From: Promethearchaeota archaeon
GTDB lineage: Archaea; Asgardarchaeota; Lokiarchaeia; Sigyniarchaeales; SOKP01
Assembly: GCA_016839705.1 (NCBI GenBank)
Contig: JAEOTR010000039.1
Span: 1-25,314 of the forward strand
DNA length: 25,314 nt
Direction: 5' to 3'
In this document: positions 1 to 8,277 of the stretch, in pieces
Numbering within the stretch: position 1 is the stretch's first letter
How the letters are laid out: each line of letters opens with the position of its first letter
Notes under the pieces: generated by a model
What the model was told of the DNA's origin: nothing
Database searches by the model: none
The model's input: the letters and a program-made list of their open reading frames with translations, nothing else
Translations under genes and position numbers: made by a program

Positions 1-762
1 AAAGTTGATAATTACACTGAATTCCTTCAAAAACCAATAGAAAATGTGAAGATTGGTGTTCCAAAAGAATTTTTTGGAGAAGGGATAGAAAAAAGTGTAA
101 AAAATAAGGTAAATGAAGCAATCGATAAAATTTGTAGGTTAGGTACCAAAAAAATCGAAGTTTCTTTTCCACACTTAGAATATGTCATCCCGACATATTA
201 TCTTATAGCTATGAGTGAAGCGAGTTCAAATTTAGCTAGATATGATGGATTGAGATATGGAGTAATGAGTGATAACATTAAAGGCGATGTTTATGACGTG
301 TATAGTCGAACACGAAATGAAAAATTTGGTGCTGAGGTAAGAAGAAGGATAATTTTAGGAAGTTATACCCTTTCTGCCGGTTATTATGATATGTTTTATA
401 TGAAAGCATTAAAAGTAAGGTCATTAATTAAGAGTGATTTTCAAAATGCTTTTAAACATTGTGATGTGATTATTAGCCCAACGATGCCTACTACGGCGTT
501 TAAAATCGGAGAGCTGCTTGATGATCCATTACAGATGTATTTAATGGATGTTTTAACTTGTCCTGTGAATCTTGCAGGTTTACCTGCTCTCTCAATTCCA
601 TGTGGGTTTGATGAGAAGGAACTCCCAATAGGATTTCAAATAATTGGAGATTATTTTGATGAAAAAACAATACTTAATGTTGGTTATTTACTTGAACAGG
701 AATTAAATATCTACAGGAAATTAGCCCCACTACAAAATAGAGGAAAATATATTGAGTTCTAA
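1..762 (+). CDS. gatA: Asp-tRNA(Asn)/Glu-tRNA(Gln) amidotransferase subunit A, 5'-truncated by window edge
   Basis: Frame 1 is open from base 1 (KVDNYTEFLQKPIENVKIGVPKEF...), so GTG at 46 is not the true start. GatA C-terminal motifs: EASSNLARYDG, FGAEVRRRIILGSYTLSAGYYD, PTMPTTAFKIGE, DPLQMYLMD, PVNLAGLPALSIPCG. Overlaps gatB. Confidence 0.96.
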   Translation, partial: KVDNYTEFLQKPIENVKIGVPKEFFGEGIEKSVKNKVNEAIDKICRLGTKKIEVSFPHLEYVIPTYYLIAMSEASSNLARYDGLRYGVMSDNIKGDVYDVYSRTRNEKFGAEVRRRIILGSYTLSAGYYDMFYMKALKVRSLIKSDFQNAFKHCDVIISPTMPTTAFKIGELLDDPLQMYLMDVLTCPVNLAGLPALSIPCGFDEKELPIGFQIIGDYFDEKTILNVGYLLEQELNIYRKLAPLQNRGKYIEF

Positions 763-2209
763 TTGTCAAGATGTTATTATTGGATTAGAAGTCCATATTC
801 AACTTACAAATTTAAAAACAAAATTATTTTGCAGTTGTAATGCGGATTATCGAGGGGCTAATCCGAACACTTTTAATTGTCCAATCTGTTTAGGATTACC
901 TGGATCCTTACCCACAATAAACAAGAGGGCTATTGAATTTGCTACTAGACTTGCATTGGCATTAGATTGCAAAATAAACAACTTAACGTATTTCTTTCGA
1001 AAAAATTATTTCTATGTAGACCTTCCGAAAGGCTTTCAGATCAGCCAATATAATAAGGCAGGGGGAAAGGCTTTTGCTGACGGAGGTAAAATAACAATTA
1101 AATTAAATGGTATCAAGAAAGATATAATCCTTAACAGAATCCATCTGGAGGAGGATCCCGCAAGGTTAGTACATAAAGGATCTATAGCAACCTCCCCTTA
1201 CACTTTAGTAGATTACAATAGATCAGGCGTTTGCCTTATTGAGATCGTGACCGAACCTGTTATAGCTTCACCTGGAGAAGCTAGGGAGTATCTTAAACAA
1301 CTAAAATCAATCGTTCAATATACGGGAATTTCAGATTTAGATCTAACTGGAGCTGCTCGAGTGGATGCTAACATATCAATTAAAGGGCACAAACGAAGCG
1401 AAGTAAAGAATATTAATAGTTTTAAAGAAGTTGAGCGTGCGTTAAAATGGGAGATTCAAAGACAAAGACACCTGTTAAAACGAGGTAAAGAATTACCTCA
1501 AGAGACTAGACATTGGGATGATAAAAGAAGAATTACTATTTCGTTAAGATCCAAAGAATTTGAAGAAGATTACCGCTATTTTCCAGAACAAGATTTAGTC
1601 CCCATTGTTATTACTGAAGATTTTATCCAAAAAGTGAATGATGAATTACCAGAAATGCCAAGTGAGAGATCTGTAAGGCTTAGTAGAGATTATAATCTAT
1701 CTGAATTTGATTCAGAAAATTTAGTGTTAGATAAGGATATAGCTGATTTTTACGAAGAGGGTGTAAATTTGGATCCATCATTTGGTTTAAAAGAATTCAA
1801 GCAATTTTGCAATTGGTTAATGAATGATGTATCTCGCAAACTCAACGAAGAGAATAAGGTCTTAAAAGATACAAAACTGCACCCCAAACAACTCGTCGAT
1901 CTAATTCATTATATTAAAGAAGGAAAAATTACCACTAAGATTGGTAAATCTTTCATAGATGAAATGATGGAGGGTACCTCGATATCCAATATTATTGATT
2001 CAAAAGGTAAAAAAAGAATCTCTAATGAAGAAATTATAGAAAAGTATTGTGTAGAAGCAATTAATGAGAATCCAAAAATAGTTGAGGACTTTTACACTAA
2101 TCCAAAAGCTATTGAAGCATTAATAGGGAAAGTAATGGGAAAAACTAGAGGTCAAGCTGACCCCGGAATCACAAGAGAAATAATGAATAAACTCCTTGAA
2201 GAAGAATAA
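752..2209 (+). CDS. gatB: Asp-tRNA(Asn)/Glu-tRNA(Gln) amidotransferase subunit B
   Basis: IGLEVHIQL, KLFCSC, CPICLGLPGSLP, RKNYFYVDLPKGFQISQY, RIHLEEDP, VDYNRSG..LIEIVTEP, EVKNINSF, DYRYFPEQDL, and YqeY-like tail (GKVMGKTRGQADP). TTG start with GAGG upstream; 11-nt overlap with gatA. Confidence 0.97.
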   Translation: MSSNCQDVIIGLEVHIQLTNLKTKLFCSCNADYRGANPNTFNCPICLGLPGSLPTINKRAIEFATRLALALDCKINNLTYFFRKNYFYVDLPKGFQISQYNKAGGKAFADGGKITIKLNGIKKDIILNRIHLEEDPARLVHKGSIATSPYTLVDYNRSGVCLIEIVTEPVIASPGEAREYLKQLKSIVQYTGISDLDLTGAARVDANISIKGHKRSEVKNINSFKEVERALKWEIQRQRHLLKRGKELPQETRHWDDKRRITISLRSKEFEEDYRYFPEQDLVPIVITEDFIQKVNDELPEMPSERSVRLSRDYNLSEFDSENLVLDKDIADFYEEGVNLDPSFGLKEFKQFCNWLMNDVSRKLNEENKVLKDTKLHPKQLVDLIHYIKEGKITTKIGKSFIDEMMEGTSISNIIDSKGKKRISNEEIIEKYCVEAINENPKIVEDFYTNPKAIEALIGKVMGKTRGQADPGITREIMNKLLEEE

Positions 2210-2252
2210 ACATTTGGTTAATTTTTTTAAGCTTTTAGAATAGAATTTAAAT

Positions 2253-3923
2253 GTGAAGGAAAAAATGAATGAAGAATTGGAAAAAAAACCAGAGCACTGG
2301 ATTGATAAGTTAACATCGAATTTGATTGAGAATTGGCCTGGTGTAAAGAATTTTAATTGCAACTGTGGCATTTCTGTATCTGGTCAACAACATGTTGGAA
2401 GATTGAGGGGAGAGATAGTCCTTACGAATGCAGTAGTGACCGAACTTCAAGCCCTTGGTTATGAAGCTAACCACAACTTAATTCTATATACATCTGATCC
2501 TTGGAAGGGCAAAGAATCGCAATTGAATGCATTTTCAAACCCAAAAAAGGCGGAAAAATTTATAAATTGGCGATTAATTGACGTTCCTGCTCCTACAAAT
2601 CCGGATATATCATGGGTAGACGATTTTTGGAAAGATTTTGGAATCCCATTACCAAAATTTGGGCGAGATATACAGATAATCCGTATTCATGAATTGTATC
2701 AGCAGCAGAGAATGAAAGATGTAGTTATTAAACTGATTAGTAAAAAAGATCAAATTAGAAAAATTTTAAATAAATATCGTAAAGAAAATCCTTTCCCTGA
2801 AGATTGGATCCCTATAAATCCACTTTGTGAAAACTGCAATAGAATAGGGACAACAACTGCTTTAGAAGTTAATATGAAAACATATCAAGTTCGCTATTTC
2901 TGCAAGGAATGTAAAGGCGAGGGATGGTCCGATATTAGTAAGGGAAAATTGACCTGGAGACTAGAGTGGTTAGCAATCTGGTATGCTCTTAACATCCACT
3001 TTGAGCCTTATGGAAAAGATCATGCGACACCAGGGGGATCAAGAGATAGCTGTTTAGAAATTATAGAAACTGTTTTACAACATAAAGGTCCATTTGGATT
3101 CTGGAATGAATGGGTTGGTTATTCAGAAGGTCGAACCGATTATGGAGATATGACAAGTTCTGGTTTTATTGGATTTACACCAACAAAATGGCTTGAGTTT
3201 GCTGAACCTGAAGTGCTTAAGTATATATATCTCAAAACTCCACCTAGAAGACGGATTATACTAGGATTAGACAAAATTCCTAATTACATTTCAGAATATG
3301 ACCGCGCTCAGAGAATATACTATGGAATAGAAAAATTTGAAGACCCCAACGAGCTCCACTCGATACAAAGAAGCTATGAAATAGTTTTTTATAATAATCC
3401 TCCTGAATACAGAGGATTCCAACTGGATTTCCAGCATGCAATTATATTATCTCAATTAACACCCCCTACTAAAGATGGAATTTCGCAAGTTATTCAAAAA
3501 TTACTTAACACTGAAATTTTAAGGGAAGAACCCACAAAGGAAATCATAGATCATATTCAAGAACGCCTAGCTCACGGGCGAAACTGGATATATTCAAATT
3601 ATGCTCCAGATCATCTTCAAATTCGATTAGAAGAACATATCTCAAAAGATGTTTTAGAACAATTTGATATAAAGATACGGAACCTTGTAGATGATTTAGC
3701 AAATACTCTCGAAAAAACAAAATGGACAGAGGAAGGAATAAAGAAAGAAATGATGACTTTAAAAGAAAATGCAGGATTATCACGAAAAGAAATGACTCAA
3801 TTTTTCCAAATACTTTATGAAATTTTTCTTGGAAATTCAAAAGGCCCTCGATTTGCACCATTTCTAGCAACATTGGATAAAGATTGGGTTTTAAATAAGC
3901 TTCAAGACGTTGGTAAACTCTAA
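2253..3923 (+). CDS. lysS: Class I lysyl-tRNA synthetase
   Basis: HWID N-terminus, GISVSGQQHVG (HIGH-like), two CxxC pairs (CENC, CKEC), GKLTWRLEW, FEPYGKDHATPGGS, and C-terminal GPRFAPFL anticodon-binding motif. Start could be GTG 2253 or ATG 2265. Confidence 0.95.
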   Translation: MKEKMNEELEKKPEHWIDKLTSNLIENWPGVKNFNCNCGISVSGQQHVGRLRGEIVLTNAVVTELQALGYEANHNLILYTSDPWKGKESQLNAFSNPKKAEKFINWRLIDVPAPTNPDISWVDDFWKDFGIPLPKFGRDIQIIRIHELYQQQRMKDVVIKLISKKDQIRKILNKYRKENPFPEDWIPINPLCENCNRIGTTTALEVNMKTYQVRYFCKECKGEGWSDISKGKLTWRLEWLAIWYALNIHFEPYGKDHATPGGSRDSCLEIIETVLQHKGPFGFWNEWVGYSEGRTDYGDMTSSGFIGFTPTKWLEFAEPEVLKYIYLKTPPRRRIILGLDKIPNYISEYDRAQRIYYGIEKFEDPNELHSIQRSYEIVFYNNPPEYRGFQLDFQHAIILSQLTPPTKDGISQVIQKLLNTEILREEPTKEIIDHIQERLAHGRNWIYSNYAPDHLQIRLEEHISKDVLEQFDIKIRNLVDDLANTLEKTKWTEEGIKKEMMTLKENAGLSRKEMTQFFQILYEIFLGNSKGPRFAPFLATLDKDWVLNKLQDVGKL

Positions 3924-3941
3924 TAAACCGGATGAAATCTG

Positions 3942-3957
3942 AAAAAAAAATAAAAAA
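3942..3957 (-). terminator. Oligo-T intrinsic terminator candidate for the Roadblock gene
   Basis: Minus strand reads TTTTTTATTTTTTTTT immediately after the stop codon, in the short gap convergent with lysS. Oligo-T tracts are typical archaeal terminators. Confidence 0.5.
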
Positions 3958-4320
3958 TTATAAAAACTTCTTAAGTTCTGTGCTAGCAGCATCTAATTTT
4001 AGATTAATTATACCTAGTTTAGCTTCTTTAGTGGTAATTATTGTGAGAATATTTCCCTCGATCTCACTAAAAAGTATTTTTCCTTTCTCAGACTCGATAA
4101 TGGCACTAAAAAATTGTCCTTGTTCTAATTCTTTTGTGGCTCTTTGACTAGCTTTCAAGATTAATGTGACCATAGCAGCCACAGCTTCTGGGTCTACCCA
4201 ACCTGGTAGAGCACTTCCCTTAATTAACCCAAACTTTTCGATAAGGGCGGCTCCATGAACCCCCTTAATTGCTTTTAAAGAATCTAGGATTTCTGTTAAT
4301 CTTTCACTCATCTGACTCAT
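3958..4320 (-). CDS. Roadblock/LC7 (MglB-like) domain protein
   Basis: 120 aa. Helix, then GVHGAALIEKFGLI strands, AVAAM helix, ELEQG-F-SAIIESEKGKIL strands, and AKLGII final helix match the Roadblock/LC7 pattern. Confidence 0.88.
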   Translation of the reverse strand: MSQMSERLTEILDSLKAIKGVHGAALIEKFGLIKGSALPGWVDPEAVAAMVTLILKASQRATKELEQGQFFSAIIESEKGKILFSEIEGNILTIITTKEAKLGIINLKLDAASTELKKFL

Positions 4321-4542
4321 TCCATTTTTGGGGTAGTGAGATATTAAATTTTTATTAATTAAGATGTAATTATATATACAAATCCTAATTAAAAAAGCTA
4401 TTTGTCTATTTTTTTAAAGAAGGGCATTTAGATCAATGTTCCTTATTTAAACAACTCTAAAGTATCCATAAAAGAAATAAACATAAATATTTTAATTAAG
4501 ATTTTTAATATAACAGAGTTTAGACTAACATTATATTAGAAA

Positions 4543-5334
4543 GTGGAGAAAATGGGAAAAGAAATAGATAAAGCAAAAAATGTATTTAAAGATGGATTTG
4601 ATGCCTTAAGTGATTACTTCGATGAGAAGCGATCAGATACAGTTATAGAAAATGAAAAAAAAGCTAAAAAAGGAAAGGTAGCATTAGCTAAATTCTCAAA
4701 GGGATTAATAGGGAAGACAGATAAGATCAATTTTAGAATTTTAATTGGACAAAAAAAAGAACTTGGGGACTTTATCTATGAGGCAGTATATCTAAGCGAT
4801 AAAAAAGAGCCTAAGATCTTTGTGTATGAAGTTAATAAGGGAAAACCATGCAATACAATCCTTATGAATTTTAAGGAAGAAGATTGGAATGGATATAAGA
4901 AAGTTCAAAAGTATAAGTCGTTAACCAAATTTCTAGAAGTAGCCTATAAAGAGGGAATTTTCGTTAAAGAAAAAAAAGAGAAAAAGGAAAATGCATTAAA
5001 TACTTTGATAAAAGGGTTAAAGCGTTCTTTAGAGGCAGTTGGAGATGATGAGAAATCTAAGAAGGGAAGTAATAGCCCAATTGCAATGAAAATTGCGAAG
5101 GTTGTTGCAATTGCTGCAGTGACAACAATAGTTTCTGCAGTATTAACTCCAGCTATTGGTGTTGTTGCAGAAGAAATTGTCGGAGGGGGTTCAATTAGTG
5201 GAGATATACTCGGACAAGCAGGAGAGGCTGCAGTGCAGGGGCTGAAAAATTTAGCTGACCCTACAAAATTGGTTAAGAAAGTGATAACCAAAGCGATTAC
5301 CAAAGGAAAAGATCTCCCTGGTACTGACAATTAA
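4543..5334 (+). CDS. Hypothetical protein: Lys-rich soluble N-terminal region plus hydrophobic Ala/Val/Gly-rich C-terminal segment
   Basis: 263-aa ORF with genome-typical composition, divergent from Roadblock. Hydrophobic stretch VVAIAAVTTIVSAVLTPAIGVVA. No confident family. Confidence 0.75.
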   Translation: MEKMGKEIDKAKNVFKDGFDALSDYFDEKRSDTVIENEKKAKKGKVALAKFSKGLIGKTDKINFRILIGQKKELGDFIYEAVYLSDKKEPKIFVYEVNKGKPCNTILMNFKEEDWNGYKKVQKYKSLTKFLEVAYKEGIFVKEKKEKKENALNTLIKGLKRSLEAVGDDEKSKKGSNSPIAMKIAKVVAIAAVTTIVSAVLTPAIGVVAEEIVGGGSISGDILGQAGEAAVQGLKNLADPTKLVKKVITKAITKGKDLPGTDN

Positions 5335-5402
5335 CTATAAAAATAGTAACATACTTAACTTATTCTTTTTTCATTTATGCAATCTTTCAATATTTTAAAT
5401 TA

Positions 5403-5882
5403 GTGATTCAAATTTCAATAATCATAGAAAGAAACGTACGTAGAGGTTTTATTTTATCTTCTTTGATAACATTGGGATCTTATATAATAATCTCTCTTAC
5501 AATGGGCTCATTTTTTGCAGGATTTTTTCTTTTTTCGGATATTGAGTTTGTGTTAGGAACAGTTTTTGGGGGAATATATGCTTTAAACAAAAGACTAGAA
5601 GATCAAAGTTTCTTAAAAATTGGTGCATTTACTGGTCTAATAGGGGGTATAATATCATCTCTCTTAATAGGCTTCTATGAAATGATTCTCAGGGGCATAA
5701 TTTTTGGCCCGAATATTGGCATTTTCATGTTCTTTTTCGGAATTTCACTTATTTCGGGGATTGTCATTGGATTAGTAGGAGGAGCACTCATTGCTACATA
5801 TTACACTTATAAAGATATGAAAAAAGTTTCTGAGGAAGAAACATTAGAAGATGATTTTTTTGATGATCTCATCAAAAAGTAA
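5403..5882 (+). CDS. Small integral membrane protein (about 4 TM, GxxxG-rich, acidic tail; DUF5518-like)
   Basis: Four hydrophobic segments with GAFTGLIGG and GIVIGLVGG glycine zippers; C-terminal EEETLEDDFFDDL. Confidence 0.75.
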   Translation: MIQISIIIERNVRRGFILSSLITLGSYIIISLTMGSFFAGFFLFSDIEFVLGTVFGGIYALNKRLEDQSFLKIGAFTGLIGGIISSLLIGFYEMILRGIIFGPNIGIFMFFFGISLISGIVIGLVGGALIATYYTYKDMKKVSEEETLEDDFFDDLIKK

Positions 5883-5930
5883 TAAAATTAGCCTTTCAAG
5901 GCATTCAGAAGATAATTCTTATTTGAAATT

Positions 5931-5940
5931 AAAAAAAAAA
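5931..5940 (-). terminator. T10 terminator candidate downstream of the SDR gene
   Basis: A10 on + strand equals T10 on - strand, about 20 nt past the SDR stop, in a convergent intergenic gap. Confidence 0.45.
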
Positions 5941-5959
5941 TAGAATTAAGAATATAATT

Positions 5960-6904
5960 TTACATTAATGATGCAAGTGAACTTGCTAAAGTTTCTTTTT
6001 TAGGTTTTCCTTCTAATAACTCCTTTTCAACACGCTCAGCTAAGATTTGAGGTGTGAATGTAGCCCCATTATTATCTATTTGTTTATAAGTGGTCCATCC
6101 TATTAAGGAAAAAACGCGATCACCCACAACTCTAAAAACTTCTCCATTAATCTCCTTTGCTTTATCTGAAGCTAGAAACACAACTAAAGGAGCAACATTT
6201 ACGGGATTGAAAATGTCAAATCCTCTCTTATCTTTCATACTCATAGTACCGACCATTGTAGGTGTTGCATCAGTTGTAAGTCGTGTTCTAGCTACAGGTA
6301 CAATGCAATTAACTGTAGCATATTTTTTCAATTCCATGGAAGCAATATTTGTAAATGCTGCTATTCCTGCCTTTGCAGCTCCATAATTAGTTTGACCTAC
6401 ATTCCCTAATAAACCCGCATCAGAGGCGGTATTAATTACTCTCCCAAAGTTTCCTTTGTCAGGAGCAGCCTTTCCTTCTTCTCTAAAATATGCTGCAACA
6501 TGTCGTGTCATATTAAAAGTGCCTTTTAGATGTACTGCGATAACATCATCAAACTCTTTCTCTGTCATATTAAAGAGCATACGATCTCGAAGAATACCCG
6601 CATTATTTACTACAATATCCAGCTTTCCATATTCAGATACTGCTTGATCAATCATAGCTTTAGCTTTATTAAAATCGGTTACAGAATCATAGTTTCCTAC
6701 AGCTTTTACTCCCAATTTTTTACATTCTTCAGCAATTTCATCTGCTACTTTAGTTTCAGCTCCACTTCCATCAAAACTTCCGCCTAAGTCGTTTACAACT
6801 AAATTACAACCTTCTTTAGCCATTAATAACGCTTCTTCCCGGCCTAAGCCCCGACCTGCACCAGTTATAATGGCTACTTTTCGTTCTAACATTCCCATTT
6901 TCAT
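5960..6904 (-). CDS. Short-chain dehydrogenase/reductase, hydroxyacyl-CoA dehydrogenase-like (HSD17B4/Fox2-type domain)
   Basis: TGAGRGLG Rossmann motif, VVNDLGG, NNAGILRD, VHLKGTF, and catalytic YxxxK in GQTNYGAAK. Confidence 0.9.
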   Translation of the reverse strand: MKMGMLERKVAIITGAGRGLGREEALLMAKEGCNLVVNDLGGSFDGSGAETKVADEIAEECKKLGVKAVGNYDSVTDFNKAKAMIDQAVSEYGKLDIVVNNAGILRDRMLFNMTEKEFDDVIAVHLKGTFNMTRHVAAYFREEGKAAPDKGNFGRVINTASDAGLLGNVGQTNYGAAKAGIAAFTNIASMELKKYATVNCIVPVARTRLTTDATPTMVGTMSMKDKRGFDIFNPVNVAPLVVFLASDKAKEINGEVFRVVGDRVFSLIGWTTYKQIDNNGATFTPQILAERVEKELLEGKPKKETLASSLASLM

Positions 6905-7017
6905 TCACATTTTATTTACTAATTTTGATTTCTGATAAGTAAAATTGAATTGCAAGTTTAAAAAATTTTAAGGATTTTATTTAACTTAAGAAAAATATCT
7001 AATTCAAAGGGATAAAA

Positions 7018-7515
7018 TTGGAAACAATTACTCACAATCTATTTGCGGTAATTATTCAAATTTTATGTTTTAAATTTGTGCTTTTCCCTTTTAACATTAT
7101 ATTGACCATAATCTTGGCTTTTTTATCTCATATTTTCACTGATGTTATAAGTATAATCACTTATCATACTCCAGAAATCCAGAAAGATAAATTTTGGATT
7201 GTTTGGCATGTGATTATTTATGTAGCCTCTATTTTATCGATACTGATATTTGTAATCCCCTTCTGGTTAGGGATCGTTTTTGCGAATATCATAGATATCT
7301 GGGATTGGTTTACTTTAAGACCTATTCAGAAAATAAAGAGGAAAAAAAATCCTGAATCAAAATGGGGAGAAAAATATTATTTCCATCGAATTGTTGACGC
7401 CACAAGAAATAAGCTATTCTATTGGCTCCCCAAATGGAATTTTAAGAAAGCAGGGATACTGATTGAAATTTTTATTATTGTTGTTTTAATAGTGATTATT
7501 ATTTTTCTCATATGA
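7018..7515 (+). CDS. Membrane protein, putative metal-dependent hydrolase (YdjM-like pattern)
   Basis: Mostly hydrophobic 165 aa with spaced polar ligands THN, SHIFTD, YH, WH, DIWD, FHR. TTG start; 3' end overlaps the convergent nuclease gene by 8 nt. Confidence 0.6.
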   Translation: METITHNLFAVIIQILCFKFVLFPFNIILTIILAFLSHIFTDVISIITYHTPEIQKDKFWIVWHVIIYVASILSILIFVIPFWLGIVFANIIDIWDWFTLRPIQKIKRKKNPESKWGEKYYFHRIVDATRNKLFYWLPKWNFKKAGILIEIFIIVVLIVIIIFLI

Positions 7516-7918
7516 AATTTCCTGATGTACCAAACCCTGTAAAGTACTTCATATAAAACAAATGACTCTGACAATTACAATCAGAGGATCCAAAGTTTTT
7601 TATGAAATTATCAGTCATTTCTAATAATTCTTTAGCAATTATACATTCTAATCGTTCAAGTGAAGGAATTAAATATAATTGAGTAATGATGTTTTTCTTT
7701 TGATTTAATAAATAATCAATATGCCAATGAATTTTTTTATCCTCTGGGGGTTGAATATGTCTTTTTACACGGTTTAATAATGAAGAAGATCCCAAATTTC
7801 CCATTGCAGAACCTATATATAAATAAAAACCTAGATTAAATTTTAAATTACCAAGGGAACCGATATAGATTTCCATTTTTTCAGGAATATAAATAACTAG
7901 AATATACGATCCTTTCAT
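7508..7918 (-). CDS. GIY-YIG (Uri superfamily) nuclease, DUF123 family
   Basis: GSYIL...GFYLYIGSA, RVKRH, HWHIDYLL, LEC, FGSSDCNCQSHLF: the characteristic DUF123 motif set. Confidence 0.92.
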   Translation of the reverse strand: MKGSYILVIYIPEKMEIYIGSLGNLKFNLGFYLYIGSAMGNLGSSSLLNRVKRHIQPPEDKKIHWHIDYLLNQKKNIITQLYLIPSLERLECIIAKELLEMTDNFIKNFGSSDCNCQSHLFYMKYFTGFGTSGNFI

Positions 7919-8092
7919 TTATTTGCAACTTCTTTTATGATCATGATAACAGCTGTGACAATAATAAAGCCCACAATTCTTACAAATATTGGCGCACACA
8001 TCACAAAGCTGATTGCTACAATCTTCACATTCAAATAATTGAGAGTCAGTATTTTCTCCACAGTTTTCACATATAATTTCTTCTTCGCTCAT
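7919..8092 (-). CDS. 57-aa Cys-rich zinc-finger microprotein (absent from ORF track)
   Basis: Manual translation from ATG at 8092: MSEEEIICENCGENTDSQLFECEDCSNQLCDVCANICKNCGLYYCHSCYHDHKRSCK*. Five CxxC pairs plus HxxxC. The TAA stop (7921-7919) directly abuts the nuclease ATG (TAAATG). Confidence 0.9.
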   Translation of the reverse strand: MSEEEIICENCGENTDSQLFECEDCSNQLCDVCANICKNCGLYYCHSCYHDHKRSCK

Positions 8093-8277
8093 TTAACTCA
8101 ACTTAATAAATCTGATGAAATTAATCAATATAAACAATTGACTATAAAAACCTCTTCTATTATTAGATAAATAAGACAATTTTCCCGCCTTCTTTAAAGG
8201 TTATTAAACTCTAACTAAAACTTTTTTTAAACTAAAAAATTCATGATTAATATTAGCTCAAAGAAAGCTAGTTATTT

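Noticed and set aside
46-48. GTG start of the first ORF as given in the track
   Set aside because: The frame is open to base 1 and the N-terminal amidase signature of GatA is missing, so the gene starts upstream of the window.
2120-6787. Short ORFs 2120..2371(-), 3544..3873(-), 3932..4147(+), 4944..5330(-), 6090..6386(+), 6456..6647(+), 6530..6787(+)
   Set aside because: All lie antisense to well-supported genes and have shadow-ORF composition with no motifs.
7508-7918. GIY-YIG gene as a homing endonuclease or mobile element
   Set aside because: It is the short DUF123 cellular type with no intron or intein context, terminal repeats or DNA-binding extension.
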